DNA from: an uncultured Thermoleophilia bacterium
GTDB lineage: Bacteria; Actinomycetota; Thermoleophilia; UBA2241
NCBI GenBank assembly: GCA_963808735.1
Contig: CAWEHE010000007.1
Location: 17,655 to 81,654 of the forward strand
DNA: 64,000 nucleotides
Reading direction: 5' to 3'
Below are positions 33,864-45,348 of this stretch, one piece after another. The notes beneath the pieces were generated by a model. The model made no database searches. It was not told the DNA's origin and was given only the letters and a program-made list of their open reading frames with translations. A program made the position numbers and the translations under genes. How positions within the stretch are numbered: position 1 is the stretch's first letter; every line of letters starts with the position of its first letter.

Positions 33864-35465
33864 ATGACCGAACTGAAGAAAGTGCTCGTCAAGGAGAAGC
33901 TCGCCCCCGAGGGCGTCAAGTACCTCGAGGACCTCGGCTTCCAGGTCGACATCGGCACCGAGTGGGACGCCGACGAGCTCCTCCAGCGCATCCCCGAGTA
34001 CCACGGGCTCATCATCCGCTCCGCGACCAAGGTGACCGCCGATGTGATCGCCGCCGGCGAGAACCTGCAGGTGGTGGGCCGCGCCGGCGTCGGCGTCGAC
34101 AACGTCGACGTCAAAGAGGCGACCAAGCGCGGCGTCATCGTCGTCAACGCGCCGCAGAGCAACGTGCTCTCCGCCGCCGAGCAGACGATCGCCCTGCTCA
34201 TGGCCTGCGCCCGCAACCTGGCCCAGGCCCACGCGGACCTCAAGGCCGGCGAGTGGACCAAGGGCAAGTGGGGCAAGGGCGGCGTCGAGGTGCGCGGCAA
34301 GACGCTGGGCATCATCGGCCTCGGCCGCATCGGGTTCCTCGTCGCCGAGGACGCTCGCGGCCTCGGCATGGACGTGCTCGCCTACGACCCGTTCGTGCCG
34401 GCCGAGAAGTTCCACGAGCTCGGGCTCGAGCGTGCCGACAGCCCGGACAAGATCTACCGCGAGGCCGATTTCATCACCGTCCACCTGCCCAAGAACGCCG
34501 AGACCCTCGGCTTCATCGGCGACGAGGAGTTCGCCAAGATGAAGGACGGCGTGCGCGTCATCAACGTCGCTCGCGGCGGCATCATCGACGAGGAGGCCTG
34601 GGCGCGCGCCATCGAGAGCGGCAAGGTCGCCGCCTCGGCCGTCGACGTGTACCCCAAAGAGCCGACCATCGAGAGCCCGCTGTTCAAGTACGACAGCGTG
34701 GTCGCCACGCCTCACCTCGGCGCCAGCACGGTCGAGGCGCAGCTGCGCGCCGGCACGATCATCGCGGAGCAGGTCGCGGCGGTGCTGAAGGGCCAGTTCG
34801 CGAGCAACGCGGTCAACATCCCGCTCGCGCCCGGCGAGGACGCCGACGAGCTCATGCCGTTCCTCGGCCTCTGCGAGCAACTCGGCAAGCTCATCGTGCA
34901 GATCGCCGACGGCCCGGTCGACGCCTTCGAGATCGCCTACGGCGGCGGTATCGCCCGCTACGACACGCGCATCCTCACGCTCGGCGTTCTCCAGGGCATC
35001 CTCGCCGACAAGGTCGACGGGCCCGTCAACTTCGTCAACGTGCAGAACATCGCCGAGGAGCGCGGCATCTCAGCCAAGGAGAGCAAGCAGCCGGCGGCGG
35101 TGGACTTCCTCAACCTGATCACGGTGACCACCCACGACTCGCGCGGCGAGCTCTCCGTCTCGGGCACCACCCTCGGCCCCAAGCATCGGCCGCGGCTCGT
35201 CAAGGTGTACCGCCAGGACGTGGACATCGAGCCGGCGCCGCACATGGCGTTCCTGCGCTACGCCGACGTGCCCGGCATGATCGGCAAGATCGGCACCAAG
35301 GTCGGCGAGTTCGGCGTCAACATCGGCCAGATGGGCGTGGGCCGCGAGGTCACCGACCAGAAGGCGGTCATGGGACTCACGCTCGACGAGCCCATCACCC
35401 AGGAGCAACTGCGCGACCTCGTCGAGAGCTGCGGGCTCACGGACGGCAAGCGGGTCGAGCTGTAG
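33864..35465 (+). CDS. serA: D-3-phosphoglycerate dehydrogenase
   Basis: Intact GIIGLGRIG, catalytic Arg/Glu/His and C-terminal ASB+ACT domains; 533 aa. Confidence 0.9.
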   Translation: MTELKKVLVKEKLAPEGVKYLEDLGFQVDIGTEWDADELLQRIPEYHGLIIRSATKVTADVIAAGENLQVVGRAGVGVDNVDVKEATKRGVIVVNAPQSNVLSAAEQTIALLMACARNLAQAHADLKAGEWTKGKWGKGGVEVRGKTLGIIGLGRIGFLVAEDARGLGMDVLAYDPFVPAEKFHELGLERADSPDKIYREADFITVHLPKNAETLGFIGDEEFAKMKDGVRVINVARGGIIDEEAWARAIESGKVAASAVDVYPKEPTIESPLFKYDSVVATPHLGASTVEAQLRAGTIIAEQVAAVLKGQFASNAVNIPLAPGEDADELMPFLGLCEQLGKLIVQIADGPVDAFEIAYGGGIARYDTRILTLGVLQGILADKVDGPVNFVNVQNIAEERGISAKESKQPAAVDFLNLITVTTHDSRGELSVSGTTLGPKHRPRLVKVYRQDVDIEPAPHMAFLRYADVPGMIGKIGTKVGEFGVNIGQMGVGREVTDQKAVMGLTLDEPITQEQLRDLVESCGLTDGKRVEL

Positions 35466-35495
35466 GAGCCTCGCGCACAGGCGCACCAGTCGCAG

Positions 35496-35530
35496 AAGGG
35501 GCGGCGGGCCGGCAGGCCCGCCGCCCCTTC
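35496..35530 (+). terminator. Terminator hairpin after serA
   Basis: GGGGCGGCGGGCC-ggca-GGCCCGCCGCCCC perfect 13-bp stem. Confidence 0.5.
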
Positions 35531-35593
35531 GCGCGTCGGTCGCGCGCACGGTGCTTGCGCCTGCGCGCGCCGCTGACGTAGACTCTCCGGACC

Positions 35594-35700
35594 ATGCGTC
35601 GCCGTGCGACAAGCGAGTCCAGCCGGGAGGCCCACATTGGGGTACGCGCCCGCGACCTCTCCCTCTTCGGCTGCCTGCTCCTCCTCCCCCCCGGGGGGAT
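35594..35700 (+). promoter_or_regulatory. Candidate leucine leader (four consecutive Leu codons) upstream of leuA
   Basis: ORF from ATG 35594 contains CTG CTC CTC CTC (35675-35686), immediately followed by a C7/G6 self-complementary tract. Confidence 0.3.
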
Positions 35701-35799
35701 GCGTAGACACCTGCGGCCTGCACGGCCACCTCTTGGATCACATCCGGATCCGCTGCTCCAACTGACGACGACGCGTGCCTTGGGAGGTGTGGGTGACTC

Positions 35800-37334
<1,535 letters not shown>

Positions 37335-37335
<1 letters not shown>

Positions 37336-38633
37336 TGAGTTCGACGATCACCGAGAAGATCCTCGCTCGCGCCGCGGGGCGCGACGAGGTCCACGCCGGC
37401 GACATCATCGAGGCGAAGGTCGACCTCGCGCTGGCCAACGACATCACCGCGCCGCTGGCGATCGCCGAGTTCGAGAAGGCCGGGTTCACCAAGGTCTGGG
37501 ACCCGGCCCGCATCGCCCTCGTGCCCGACCACTTCGCGCCCAACAAGGACATCAAGGCGGCGGGCCAGGCGGCGAAGATGCGCGACTTCGCCCGCAAGCA
37601 CGAGATCGTCAACTACTTCGAGGTCGGGCGCATGGGCATCGAGCACGTGCTCCTGCCCGACACCGGCATGGTGGCGCCGGGCGACGTCGTCATCGGCGCC
37701 GACAGCCACACCTGCACCTACGGCGCCGTGGCCGCGTTCAGCAGCGGCGTCGGCAGCACCGACTTCGCCGCCGCCATGGCGTGGGGTCACGTGTGGCTGC
37801 GCGTGCCCGAGAGCATCAAGTTCGTGTACTCGGGCCGCCCACAGCAGTGGGTCACCGGCAAGGACCTGATGCTGCACACCATCGGCCTCATCGGCGTCGA
37901 CGGCGCCCTGTACCAGGCCATGGAGTTCACCGGCGAGGCCATCGAGACGCTGTCCATGGACGAGCGCTTCACCCTGTGCAACATGGCGATCGAGGCCGGC
38001 GGCAAGAGCGGCATCGTCGGCTTCGACGAGAAGACGACGCGGTACCTCCAGAGCCGGCCCGACGGCAGCCGCGCGCGCAGCGTGAGCAAGGTGTTCGCCA
38101 GCGATGCGGGCGCCGAGTACGCGCGCATCCTCGAGATCGACGCTTCCGCGGTGCAGCCGACCGTGAGCAAGCCGCACCTGCCCAGCAACACGGCCGCGGC
38201 GGCCGACTGCGGCGACATCACCATCGACCAGGTCGTCATCGGCAGCTGCACCAACGGCCGCCTCGAGGACCTGCGCCAGGCGGCGAGCATCCTGCGCGGC
38301 AAGAAGGTCCACCCGGACGTGCGCTGCATCATCCTGCCCGGCACCCAGCAGGTGAGCCTGGACGCCATCGCCGACGGCACCATGCAGACGCTCATCGAGG
38401 CCGGGTGCGCCTTCAGCACGCCCACCTGCGGCGCCTGCCTGGGCGGCCACATGGGCGTCCTGGCCGACGGCGAGCGCGCCGTGGCCACCACCAACCGCAA
38501 CTTCGTCGGGCGCATGGGCCACCCGGGCGCCGAGGTCTACCTGGCGAGCCCCTACGTGGCCGCGGCATCGGCGCTGGCCGGCCACGTCGCCACGCCCGAA
38601 GAAGTCGGCGCGGACGCGGGAGGCTCGCGATGA
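37335..38633 (+). CDS. leuC: 3-isopropylmalate dehydratase large subunit (short, archaeal-type)
   Basis: Aconitase-family Cys ligands (GSCTNGR, CGACLG); 432 aa. Confidence 0.85.
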
Positions 38634-39133
38634 TCTTCGAGGGCACGGTCCACAAGTACGGCCGGGACGTCGACACCGACGTCATCATCCCGGCCCGCTA
38701 CCTCAACACCAACGACCCGGCGGAGCTCGCCAAGCACGCCATGGAAGACATCGACGCCGACTTCGTGAACCGGGTCCGGCCCGGTGACATCATCGTCGCC
38801 GACGAGAACTTCGGCTGCGGCAGCTCGCGCGAGCACGCGCCGGTCGCCATCAAGGAGTCCGGCGTGAGCGTCGTCGTCGCGGCGTCGTTCGCGCGCATCT
38901 TCTACCGCAACGCCATCAACACCGGGCTGCCGATCGTCGTGTGCCCGGCCGCGGCGGCGGACGCGAAGATGGGCGACCGCCTCAAGGCCGACCTGGCCGC
39001 CGGCACCGTGGAGAACCTGACGCAGGGCAAGACCTACGAGTCCGAGGCCTTCCCGCCGTTCATGCAGGAGCTCATCGACCGCGGCGGCCTGCTCGAGTAC
39101 GTCAAGACCCGCGTGAGCGGGCAAGGCGAGTGA
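38630..39133 (+). CDS. leuD: 3-isopropylmalate dehydratase small subunit
   Basis: Aconitase swivel domain; ATG overlaps leuC stop. Confidence 0.85.
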   Translation: MIFEGTVHKYGRDVDTDVIIPARYLNTNDPAELAKHAMEDIDADFVNRVRPGDIIVADENFGCGSSREHAPVAIKESGVSVVVAASFARIFYRNAINTGLPIVVCPAAAADAKMGDRLKADLAAGTVENLTQGKTYESEAFPPFMQELIDRGGLLEYVKTRVSGQGE

Positions 39134-39177
39134 CGACAGACACACTGCACACGCATCCAGCATCGGAGAGAAGGACA

Positions 39178-40260
39178 ATGGGCAAGACCTACAAGATCGC
39201 GGTGATGCCGGGCGACGGCACCGGGCCCGAGGTGGTAGTCGAGGGAGTCAAGGTCCTGCAGGCGGCCGCCGCCAAGCACCGGTTCGGGCTCGACCTCACG
39301 CACTACGACCTGGGCGGCGAGCGTTACCTGGCCACCGGCGAGATCCTGCCGGAGTCGGTGCTCGACGAGCTCAGGGAGTTCGACTCGATCTACCTGGGCG
39401 CCATCGGGCACCCGGACGTCGCGCCGGGCATCCTGGAGAAGGGCCTGCTCCTCCAGTTGCGCTTCGAGCTGGACCAGTACATCAACCTGCGTCCCGTGCG
39501 GCTCTACCCCGGCGTCGAGACCCCGCTCAAGGACAAGGGCCCCGCGGACATCGACTACGTCGTGGTCCGCGAGAACTCCGGCGACGTGTACGCCGGCGGC
39601 GGCGGCGCCATGATGCCGGGCTCGCCGCACGAGGTCGCCACGCAGATCATGGTGTACAGCCGCGCCCAGGTGGACCGCTGTCTGCGCTGGGCGTTCCAGT
39701 ACGCGCGCCAGCACGGCAAGAAGGCGCGCGGCGTCGGCGACGACAACACCCTCGGCCTGGTCGGCAAGACCAACGTGCTCACCTACGTGTACGACCTCTG
39801 GTTCCGCGCCTTCAACGAGATCGGCGAGGCGGAGTTCCCGGACGTCAAGCGCGAGTACTACCACGTGGACGCCACCTGCATGTGGATGGTCAAGAGCCCG
39901 GAGTGGTTCGACGTGCTGGTGACCGGCAACATGTTCGGCGACATCATCACCGACCTCGGCGCGATCACCCAGGGCGGCATGGGCGTCGCCGCCGGCGGCA
40001 ACATCAACCCCGAGGGCGTCAGCATGTTCGAGCCCATCGGCGGGTCGGCCCCCAAGTACACCGGCATGGGCGTCATCAACCCCGTGGCCGCCATCGCGGC
40101 CGGCGCGATGATGCTCGAGACGCTGGGTGAGGACCAGGCGGCGCAGGACGTCGAGCACGCGATCACCGAGGTGACCGGCACCAGGATGAAGAGCATGGCC
40201 TCCGGCCAGATGGGCTACTCGACGAGCGAGGTCGGCGACCTCGTGGCCGAGCGCGTCTGA
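39178..40260 (+). CDS. leuB: 3-isopropylmalate dehydrogenase
   Basis: Isocitrate/isopropylmalate dehydrogenase family (MPGDGTGPEV, NMFGDIITD). Confidence 0.8.
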   Translation: MGKTYKIAVMPGDGTGPEVVVEGVKVLQAAAAKHRFGLDLTHYDLGGERYLATGEILPESVLDELREFDSIYLGAIGHPDVAPGILEKGLLLQLRFELDQYINLRPVRLYPGVETPLKDKGPADIDYVVVRENSGDVYAGGGGAMMPGSPHEVATQIMVYSRAQVDRCLRWAFQYARQHGKKARGVGDDNTLGLVGKTNVLTYVYDLWFRAFNEIGEAEFPDVKREYYHVDATCMWMVKSPEWFDVLVTGNMFGDIITDLGAITQGGMGVAAGGNINPEGVSMFEPIGGSAPKYTGMGVINPVAAIAAGAMMLETLGEDQAAQDVEHAITEVTGTRMKSMASGQMGYSTSEVGDLVAERV

Positions 40261-40343
40261 CCGGTGCGGGAGGCTCCACCAGCCAAGGTCGTAGAGGTCG
40301 AAGCTGCCGCGCGGAGCCCGCGCGAGAGGACAGGAGGAAGACG

Positions 40344-41267
40344 ATGGCCCCGATCCCCGAGATGGACACGATCTGGATGGACGGCCGGCTGGTCCCGTGG
40401 GCCGACGCCAAGATCCACGTGCTCACGCACGCGCTGCACTACGGCTCGGGGGTCTTCGAGGGCATCCGCGCCTACAAGACCGATCGCGGCGCGGGCGTGC
40501 TGCGTCTGGAAGAGCACCTCAAGCGCCTGGTGCGCTCGGCCAAGCTCTACTACATGCCCGTGCCGTACAGCGTCGAGGAGCTCTACGACGCCACGTTCGA
40601 GGTGCTGGAGTCCAACAAGCTCGACGCCGGTTACATCCGCCCGCTGATCTTCCGCGGCTACGGCGAGATGGGCCTGAACCCGATGGACGCGCCCGTGCAG
40701 GCCGTCATCGCGGCGTGGCCGTGGGGCACCTACCTCGGCGAGGAGGGCGTGCTGCACGGCGTGCGCGCCAAGACCTCCAGCATCCAGTCGCTCGACCACA
40801 CGGCGCTGGCCCGCGCCGCCAAGGCCACGGGCCAGTACCTCAACAGCATCCTCGCCAAGATCGAGGTGCTCAACGCCGGCTACGACGAGGCGATCATGCT
40901 CACCGAGCACGGCCACGTGGCCGAGGGCTCGGGCGAGAACATCTTCGTCGTGCGTGGCGGCGTGCTCATGACGCCGCCGCCGAGCGACGGCGTCCTTGAG
41001 GGCATCACCCGCGACATCGTCATGAACCTGGCGAAGAGTGAGGGCATCGAGCTGCGCGAGCGTACGCTCTCGCGCAGCGACCTCGTGATCGCCGACGAGT
41101 TGTTCTACACGGGCACCGCTGCCGAAGTCGTGCCGATCCGCGAGGTCGACGACCACCTCATCGGCGAGCCCGGGCCGGTGACGCGGCGCATGCAGGAGCG
41201 GTTCAAGGCCATCACCGAAGGTCGCGATGAGGAGTTCGGCGGCTACATGGAGTACGCCAGGAAGTAG
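40344..41267 (+). CDS. ilvE: Branched-chain amino acid aminotransferase (class IV)
   Basis: Fold-type IV PLP enzyme (EGSGENIFVV, GITR). Confidence 0.75.
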   Translation: MAPIPEMDTIWMDGRLVPWADAKIHVLTHALHYGSGVFEGIRAYKTDRGAGVLRLEEHLKRLVRSAKLYYMPVPYSVEELYDATFEVLESNKLDAGYIRPLIFRGYGEMGLNPMDAPVQAVIAAWPWGTYLGEEGVLHGVRAKTSSIQSLDHTALARAAKATGQYLNSILAKIEVLNAGYDEAIMLTEHGHVAEGSGENIFVVRGGVLMTPPPSDGVLEGITRDIVMNLAKSEGIELRERTLSRSDLVIADELFYTGTAAEVVPIREVDDHLIGEPGPVTRRMQERFKAITEGRDEEFGGYMEYARK

Positions 41268-41298
41268 CGATCCGGCAGTCCGGCGCGGGGAGGACCCG

Positions 41299-42876
41299 AT
41301 GCACGAGCGGCAGGTACAGCTGTACGACACGACGCTCCGCGACGGCATGCAGCAGGAGGGCATGTCGGTCTCGGTCGACGAGAAGGCGCGCATCGCGCTC
41401 AAGCTCGACGAGCTGGGCATCGGCTTCATCGAGGGCGGCTTCCCGGCCTCCAACCCCAAGGAGATCGAGTTCTTCCGCAGGATGCGCGACGAGCGGCTGG
41501 AGAACGCGGAGCTCGTCGCCTTCGGCATGACCCGGCGCAAGGGCGTGCCGGCGGAGGCCGACGACAGCCTGCGCGTGCTCGCCGAGATCTTCACGCCCAC
41601 GGTCGCCATCGTCGGCAAGACCTGGGGCCTGCACCTCAGCAAGGTCATCCGCGTGAGTCGGGACGAGAACCTGCGCATGATCGACGAGTCGGTCCGCTTT
41701 CTCACGACGCAGGGCAAGCGCGTCGTGTACGACGCGGAGCACTTCTTCGATGCGTGGCGCGACGACCGCGCGTACGCGTTGCGCTGCGCGACCGCGGCCG
41801 CCGAGGCGGGCGCCGCGGTCGTCTGCCTCTGCGACACCAACGGGGCGTCGCTGCCGCCGTTCGTCGCGGACGTCGTCCGCGAGGTCACGGCGGCGCTGCC
41901 CGGCGCACTCGTCGGCATCCACGCGCACAACGACAGCGACTGCGCCGTCGCCAGCAGCCTCGAGGCCGTCGGGGCCGGCGCCCGCCACGTGCAGGGCACG
42001 ATGAACGGGTACGGCGAGCGCTGCGGAAACGCCAACCTCGTGAGCATCATCCCGGCGCTCCAGCTCAAGATGGGCTACCCAGTGGTGAGCGACGGGCAGC
42101 TCGAGCGCCTCACCGAGACGTCGCACTTCGTCGCCGACGTGGTCAACGCGGCCATCTGGGCGCACGCGCCCTACGTGGGCCGCTCCGCCTTCGCCCACAA
42201 GGGCGGCATGCACGTCGCCGCCGTGGAGAAGGCGCCGCAGACGTTCGAACACGTCGACCCTGCGAGGGTGGGCAACGAGCAGCGCATCGTCGTCTCCGAG
42301 CTCTCGGGCAAGGGCGCGGTGGTGCGCAAGGCGCAGGAGCTCGGGCTGCGGCTCGAGGGTGACGACGCCCGCGTGGCGACCGTGCTCAGGCGCCTCAAGA
42401 CCCGCGAGCACGAGGGCTACCACTACGAGGCCGCCGACGCCTCGTTCGACCTCCTGCTGCGCGAGGAGCTCGCGCCACACGAGCCGCTGTTCCGCCTCGA
42501 GAGCTTCCGCGTGATCGTCGAGAAGCGCGAGGACGGCAAGGCCGTCGTGGAGGCGACCATCAAGATCCACGTGGGCGGCGAGCGCATCATCAGCACCGCC
42601 GAAGGCAACGGCCCCGTGAACGCCATGGACGCCGCCCTGCGGCAGGCGATCGTGAGCAAGTACCCGCACCTGGCCGACATCGAGCTCGTCAACTACAAGG
42701 TGCGCATCCTCGACGAGAACAAGGGCACCGGCGCCGTCACCCGGGTGCTGCTCGACGCCAGCGACGGCGACGACACCTGGGGCAGCATCGGCGTGAGCGA
42801 GAACATCATCGAGGCGAGCTGGGAGGCCCTGGTCGACTCGATCGAGTTCGGGATGCTGCGCGGCCGGGAGGCGTGA
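41299..42876 (+). CDS. cimA: (R)-citramalate synthase (LeuA-family type 2)
   Basis: LYDTTLRDGMQQEG and EGGFPASNPKEIEFF N-terminus, HAHNDSDCAVA, LeuA_dimer C-terminal domain; 525 aa. Confidence 0.7.
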   Translation: MHERQVQLYDTTLRDGMQQEGMSVSVDEKARIALKLDELGIGFIEGGFPASNPKEIEFFRRMRDERLENAELVAFGMTRRKGVPAEADDSLRVLAEIFTPTVAIVGKTWGLHLSKVIRVSRDENLRMIDESVRFLTTQGKRVVYDAEHFFDAWRDDRAYALRCATAAAEAGAAVVCLCDTNGASLPPFVADVVREVTAALPGALVGIHAHNDSDCAVASSLEAVGAGARHVQGTMNGYGERCGNANLVSIIPALQLKMGYPVVSDGQLERLTETSHFVADVVNAAIWAHAPYVGRSAFAHKGGMHVAAVEKAPQTFEHVDPARVGNEQRIVVSELSGKGAVVRKAQELGLRLEGDDARVATVLRRLKTREHEGYHYEAADASFDLLLREELAPHEPLFRLESFRVIVEKREDGKAVVEATIKIHVGGERIISTAEGNGPVNAMDAALRQAIVSKYPHLADIELVNYKVRILDENKGTGAVTRVLLDASDGDDTWGSIGVSENIIEASWEALVDSIEFGMLRGREA

Positions 42877-43014
42877 GTGGTGGGACAGCTGCGCCCGGCG
42901 CATCGTCGAGCATCCGGAGGCCTGCGCTTCGCCGCTGTCAGTCCTCGCGGGGAGTGACCGGGGCTTTCCTGGGCCGGCAGGACCATTCCGACCTCCCAGG
43001 GCGGCAGCGGCGCA

Positions 43015-43518
43015 TCACGTGCGGGGCGCGGAACCGGTCCCGGCCGTGTCTACAGGTGGCTTGGGAGCGGCCTGGCCGGGTCCTTCAGCGCGGGTCTCGA
43101 CTGAGCAGTCCGGAGTGGTCTGGGACCGAAACACCCAGCGCGACGAAAGAAGGTAGTTGACGCAGAGGGCGCCGACTACGGCGGCGGCCTCGATGGCGTT
43201 CAGCGCGGTCGCGGAGAGGGCTGCTCCCCGCGACGGCGCGAGGGCGGCGTGCAGTGCGGCAAGGATCAACGTGCTCACGCCCAATGCGAGCGCGTTGACC
43301 ACCGCGAACCTCACGAGGGTCTCCGGCAGGGAGCCCGACTTTCGGTCGGCGAACGTCCAGAGTCGGTTCCAGAAGAACGAGTTGGCGAAGCCAGCCGCCC
43401 ATCCTGCCGCATTCGCCCACAGCGGCGGAACGCCAAGTCCGAGGGCCGCGAGATTGAACACTGCGAGAGTGACCGCGGTATTGACTGCGCCAACGATGGC
43501 GAACTTCACGAAGCGCAC
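43015..43518 (-). CDS. GtrA-family membrane protein
   Basis: MRFVKFAIVGAVNTAVTLAVFNL...; 4 predicted TM helices. Confidence 0.7.
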   Translation of the reverse strand: MRFVKFAIVGAVNTAVTLAVFNLAALGLGVPPLWANAAGWAAGFANSFFWNRLWTFADRKSGSLPETLVRFAVVNALALGVSTLILAALHAALAPSRGAALSATALNAIEAAAVVGALCVNYLLSSRWVFRSQTTPDCSVETRAEGPGQAAPKPPVDTAGTGSAPRT

Positions 43519-43597
43519 GCCGCCTCCAGTAGAGAAGTCCTCCCGAGCGGTGCAATACTACACACTCGCATGGCGTGGGAACGCAGATCGGGAGACG

Positions 43598-44320
43598 ATG
43601 GACGAGGCGCTGTTGCTCAGCTTCGCGCAGGTGGAGAGAGCGCACTGGTGGTTTGTTGTGCGCCGCCGCCTTGTGCTCGAGCAGGCGAGGCGCTGGGCGC
43701 CGCCGCACCTTGAGGAGATCCTCGAAGTTGGCAGCGGCACAGGGGCCACGCTGCGCGACCTTGGCGCTTGCTTCCCGGGCGTGACCGTCAGGGGTGTGGA
43801 ACCATCCCCTGCGGCTCGGCAGGTCGCCGCCGCCGCGGGTTCCCAGGTCGTGGCCGGGTCGTTCGAGCAGCTGCCGATCGCCACCGACACGATCGATATG
43901 CTGCTGGCTCTCGATGTGCTCGAGCACCTGGACGACGATAGCGTCGGGCTCCTCGAGGCCGCACGCGTTCTTCGGCCGGGCGGCCGTCTCATCCTGACGC
44001 TGCCGGCGCTGCCGGCGCTGTGGGGACCGCACGACGACCTGAACGGGCATCGACGCCGGTACTCTCGTGCTGCGGTCCGCGAACGCACGCTCGCCGCAGG
44101 TTTCGGAATCGAGCGACTGACCTCCTTCAATACAGTACTGCTGCCCTTGGCAGTCGGCGAACGCTCAGTCGCCCGGCTTCGCGGCAGAGTCTCCCCAGTC
44201 ACGGAGCCGGCGCCTCTGGTGAATGAAATCCTGCTGCGCGCTTTCGCGCTCGAACTGCACGTATTGCGCAAGACCGACCTGCCCATCGGGCTGTCGCTTC
44301 TGCTGGTAGCGACACGGTGA
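43598..44320 (+). CDS. Class I SAM-dependent methyltransferase
   Basis: Motif I ILEVGSGTGA and post-I LDVLEHLDD (Methyltransf_11/23-like). Confidence 0.7.
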   Translation: MDEALLLSFAQVERAHWWFVVRRRLVLEQARRWAPPHLEEILEVGSGTGATLRDLGACFPGVTVRGVEPSPAARQVAAAAGSQVVAGSFEQLPIATDTIDMLLALDVLEHLDDDSVGLLEAARVLRPGGRLILTLPALPALWGPHDDLNGHRRRYSRAAVRERTLAAGFGIERLTSFNTVLLPLAVGERSVARLRGRVSPVTEPAPLVNEILLRAFALELHVLRKTDLPIGLSLLLVATR

Positions 44321-45348
44321 GTTGCGTGGAGTCAGGAGGCGCCGGTCGGCCGCTGCACTCCGTCGTCGCGCCCGTGTTCAATGAGGCCGATGGCATCCTG
44401 GCGTTTCACGAACGGTGCACCTCCGCCATGTCGCCGATTGGGGACGCGTACGAGATCATCTACGTCGACGACGGGAGCCGCGACGAATCGTGGTCACGCC
44501 TCTTGGCGATCGGCGAACGTGATCCGCACGTGCGTCTCGTTCGCCTGTCGCGCAACTTCGGTCACCAGATCGCCATCTCGGCTGGGATCGAGCATGCCTT
44601 CGGCGACACCGTGACGGTGATCGACAGCGACCTCCAGGACCCGCCGGAGACCATCACAGCCATGGTCGATTGCTGGCGTGGTGGAGCGGACATCGTCTAT
44701 GGCCTTCGCGCGGTCAGGCACGGCGAAACCTGGTTCAAGCGGGGGACCGCATCGTTGTTCTACCGCGTGTTGAAGCACCTCTCCGACATCGAGATCCCTG
44801 TGGATGTGGGTGATTTCAGGCTCCTGAGCCGCCGGGCCAGGGACGGGCTGGTGGCGATGCCCGAGCACCACAGGTACGTGCGCGGCATGGTCGCATGGCT
44901 GGGGTACGAGTCGGCGACGGTCGCCTATGAAAGGGATCCGCGCTCCGCCGGTGAGACGAAGTACCCGCTTGCCAAGATGATGCGGTTCGCGCTGGACGGG
45001 ATCCTGTCGTTCTCGATCCGGCCGTTGCGCATCGCCACCTGGATCGGGGTGCTGACCTCCATCGCCGCGATCGTGACCGCCTTCATCCTCATCTTCCTAC
45101 GCCTGTTGGGCGACGTCCCCGTGCAGGGCTGGACCTCACTGGCAGTCTTGGTCCTTCTCACCTCCGGCGTGCAGCTCGTCACCATCGGCGCGCTGGGTGA
45201 GTACATCGGACGCATCTGGACGGAGGTTCGAGGGAGGCCTCTGTACCTTGTGCGTGCGACGCGTGGATTCGCGCCCCGGGAGCGCCCGGACGAGGAGCCG
45301 AGCGCCGGTCGCCTAGCGGGGGACGAGGACAACGAGAGGCGTGGATGA
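44317..45348 (+). CDS. GT2 polyprenol-phosphate sugar transferase (GtrB/ArnC/Ppm-like)
   Basis: GT-A with DDGSRD and DSDLQD motifs plus two C-terminal TM helices. GTG overlaps the methyltransferase stop. Confidence 0.75.
   Translation: MSCVESGGAGRPLHSVVAPVFNEADGILAFHERCTSAMSPIGDAYEIIYVDDGSRDESWSRLLAIGERDPHVRLVRLSRNFGHQIAISAGIEHAFGDTVTVIDSDLQDPPETITAMVDCWRGGADIVYGLRAVRHGETWFKRGTASLFYRVLKHLSDIEIPVDVGDFRLLSRRARDGLVAMPEHHRYVRGMVAWLGYESATVAYERDPRSAGETKYPLAKMMRFALDGILSFSIRPLRIATWIGVLTSIAAIVTAFILIFLRLLGDVPVQGWTSLAVLVLLTSGVQLVTIGALGEYIGRIWTEVRGRPLYLVRATRGFAPRERPDEEPSAGRLAGDEDNERRG

Noticed and set aside
32123-34369. 748-aa minus-strand ORF
   Set aside because: Antisense to the class-V aminotransferase and serA; no recognisable domain.
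39034-42903. Minus-strand ORFs antisense to leuB, ilvE and cimA (39034..40158, 40215..42068, 41212..42903)
   Set aside because: Antisense to conserved biosynthetic genes; no domains.
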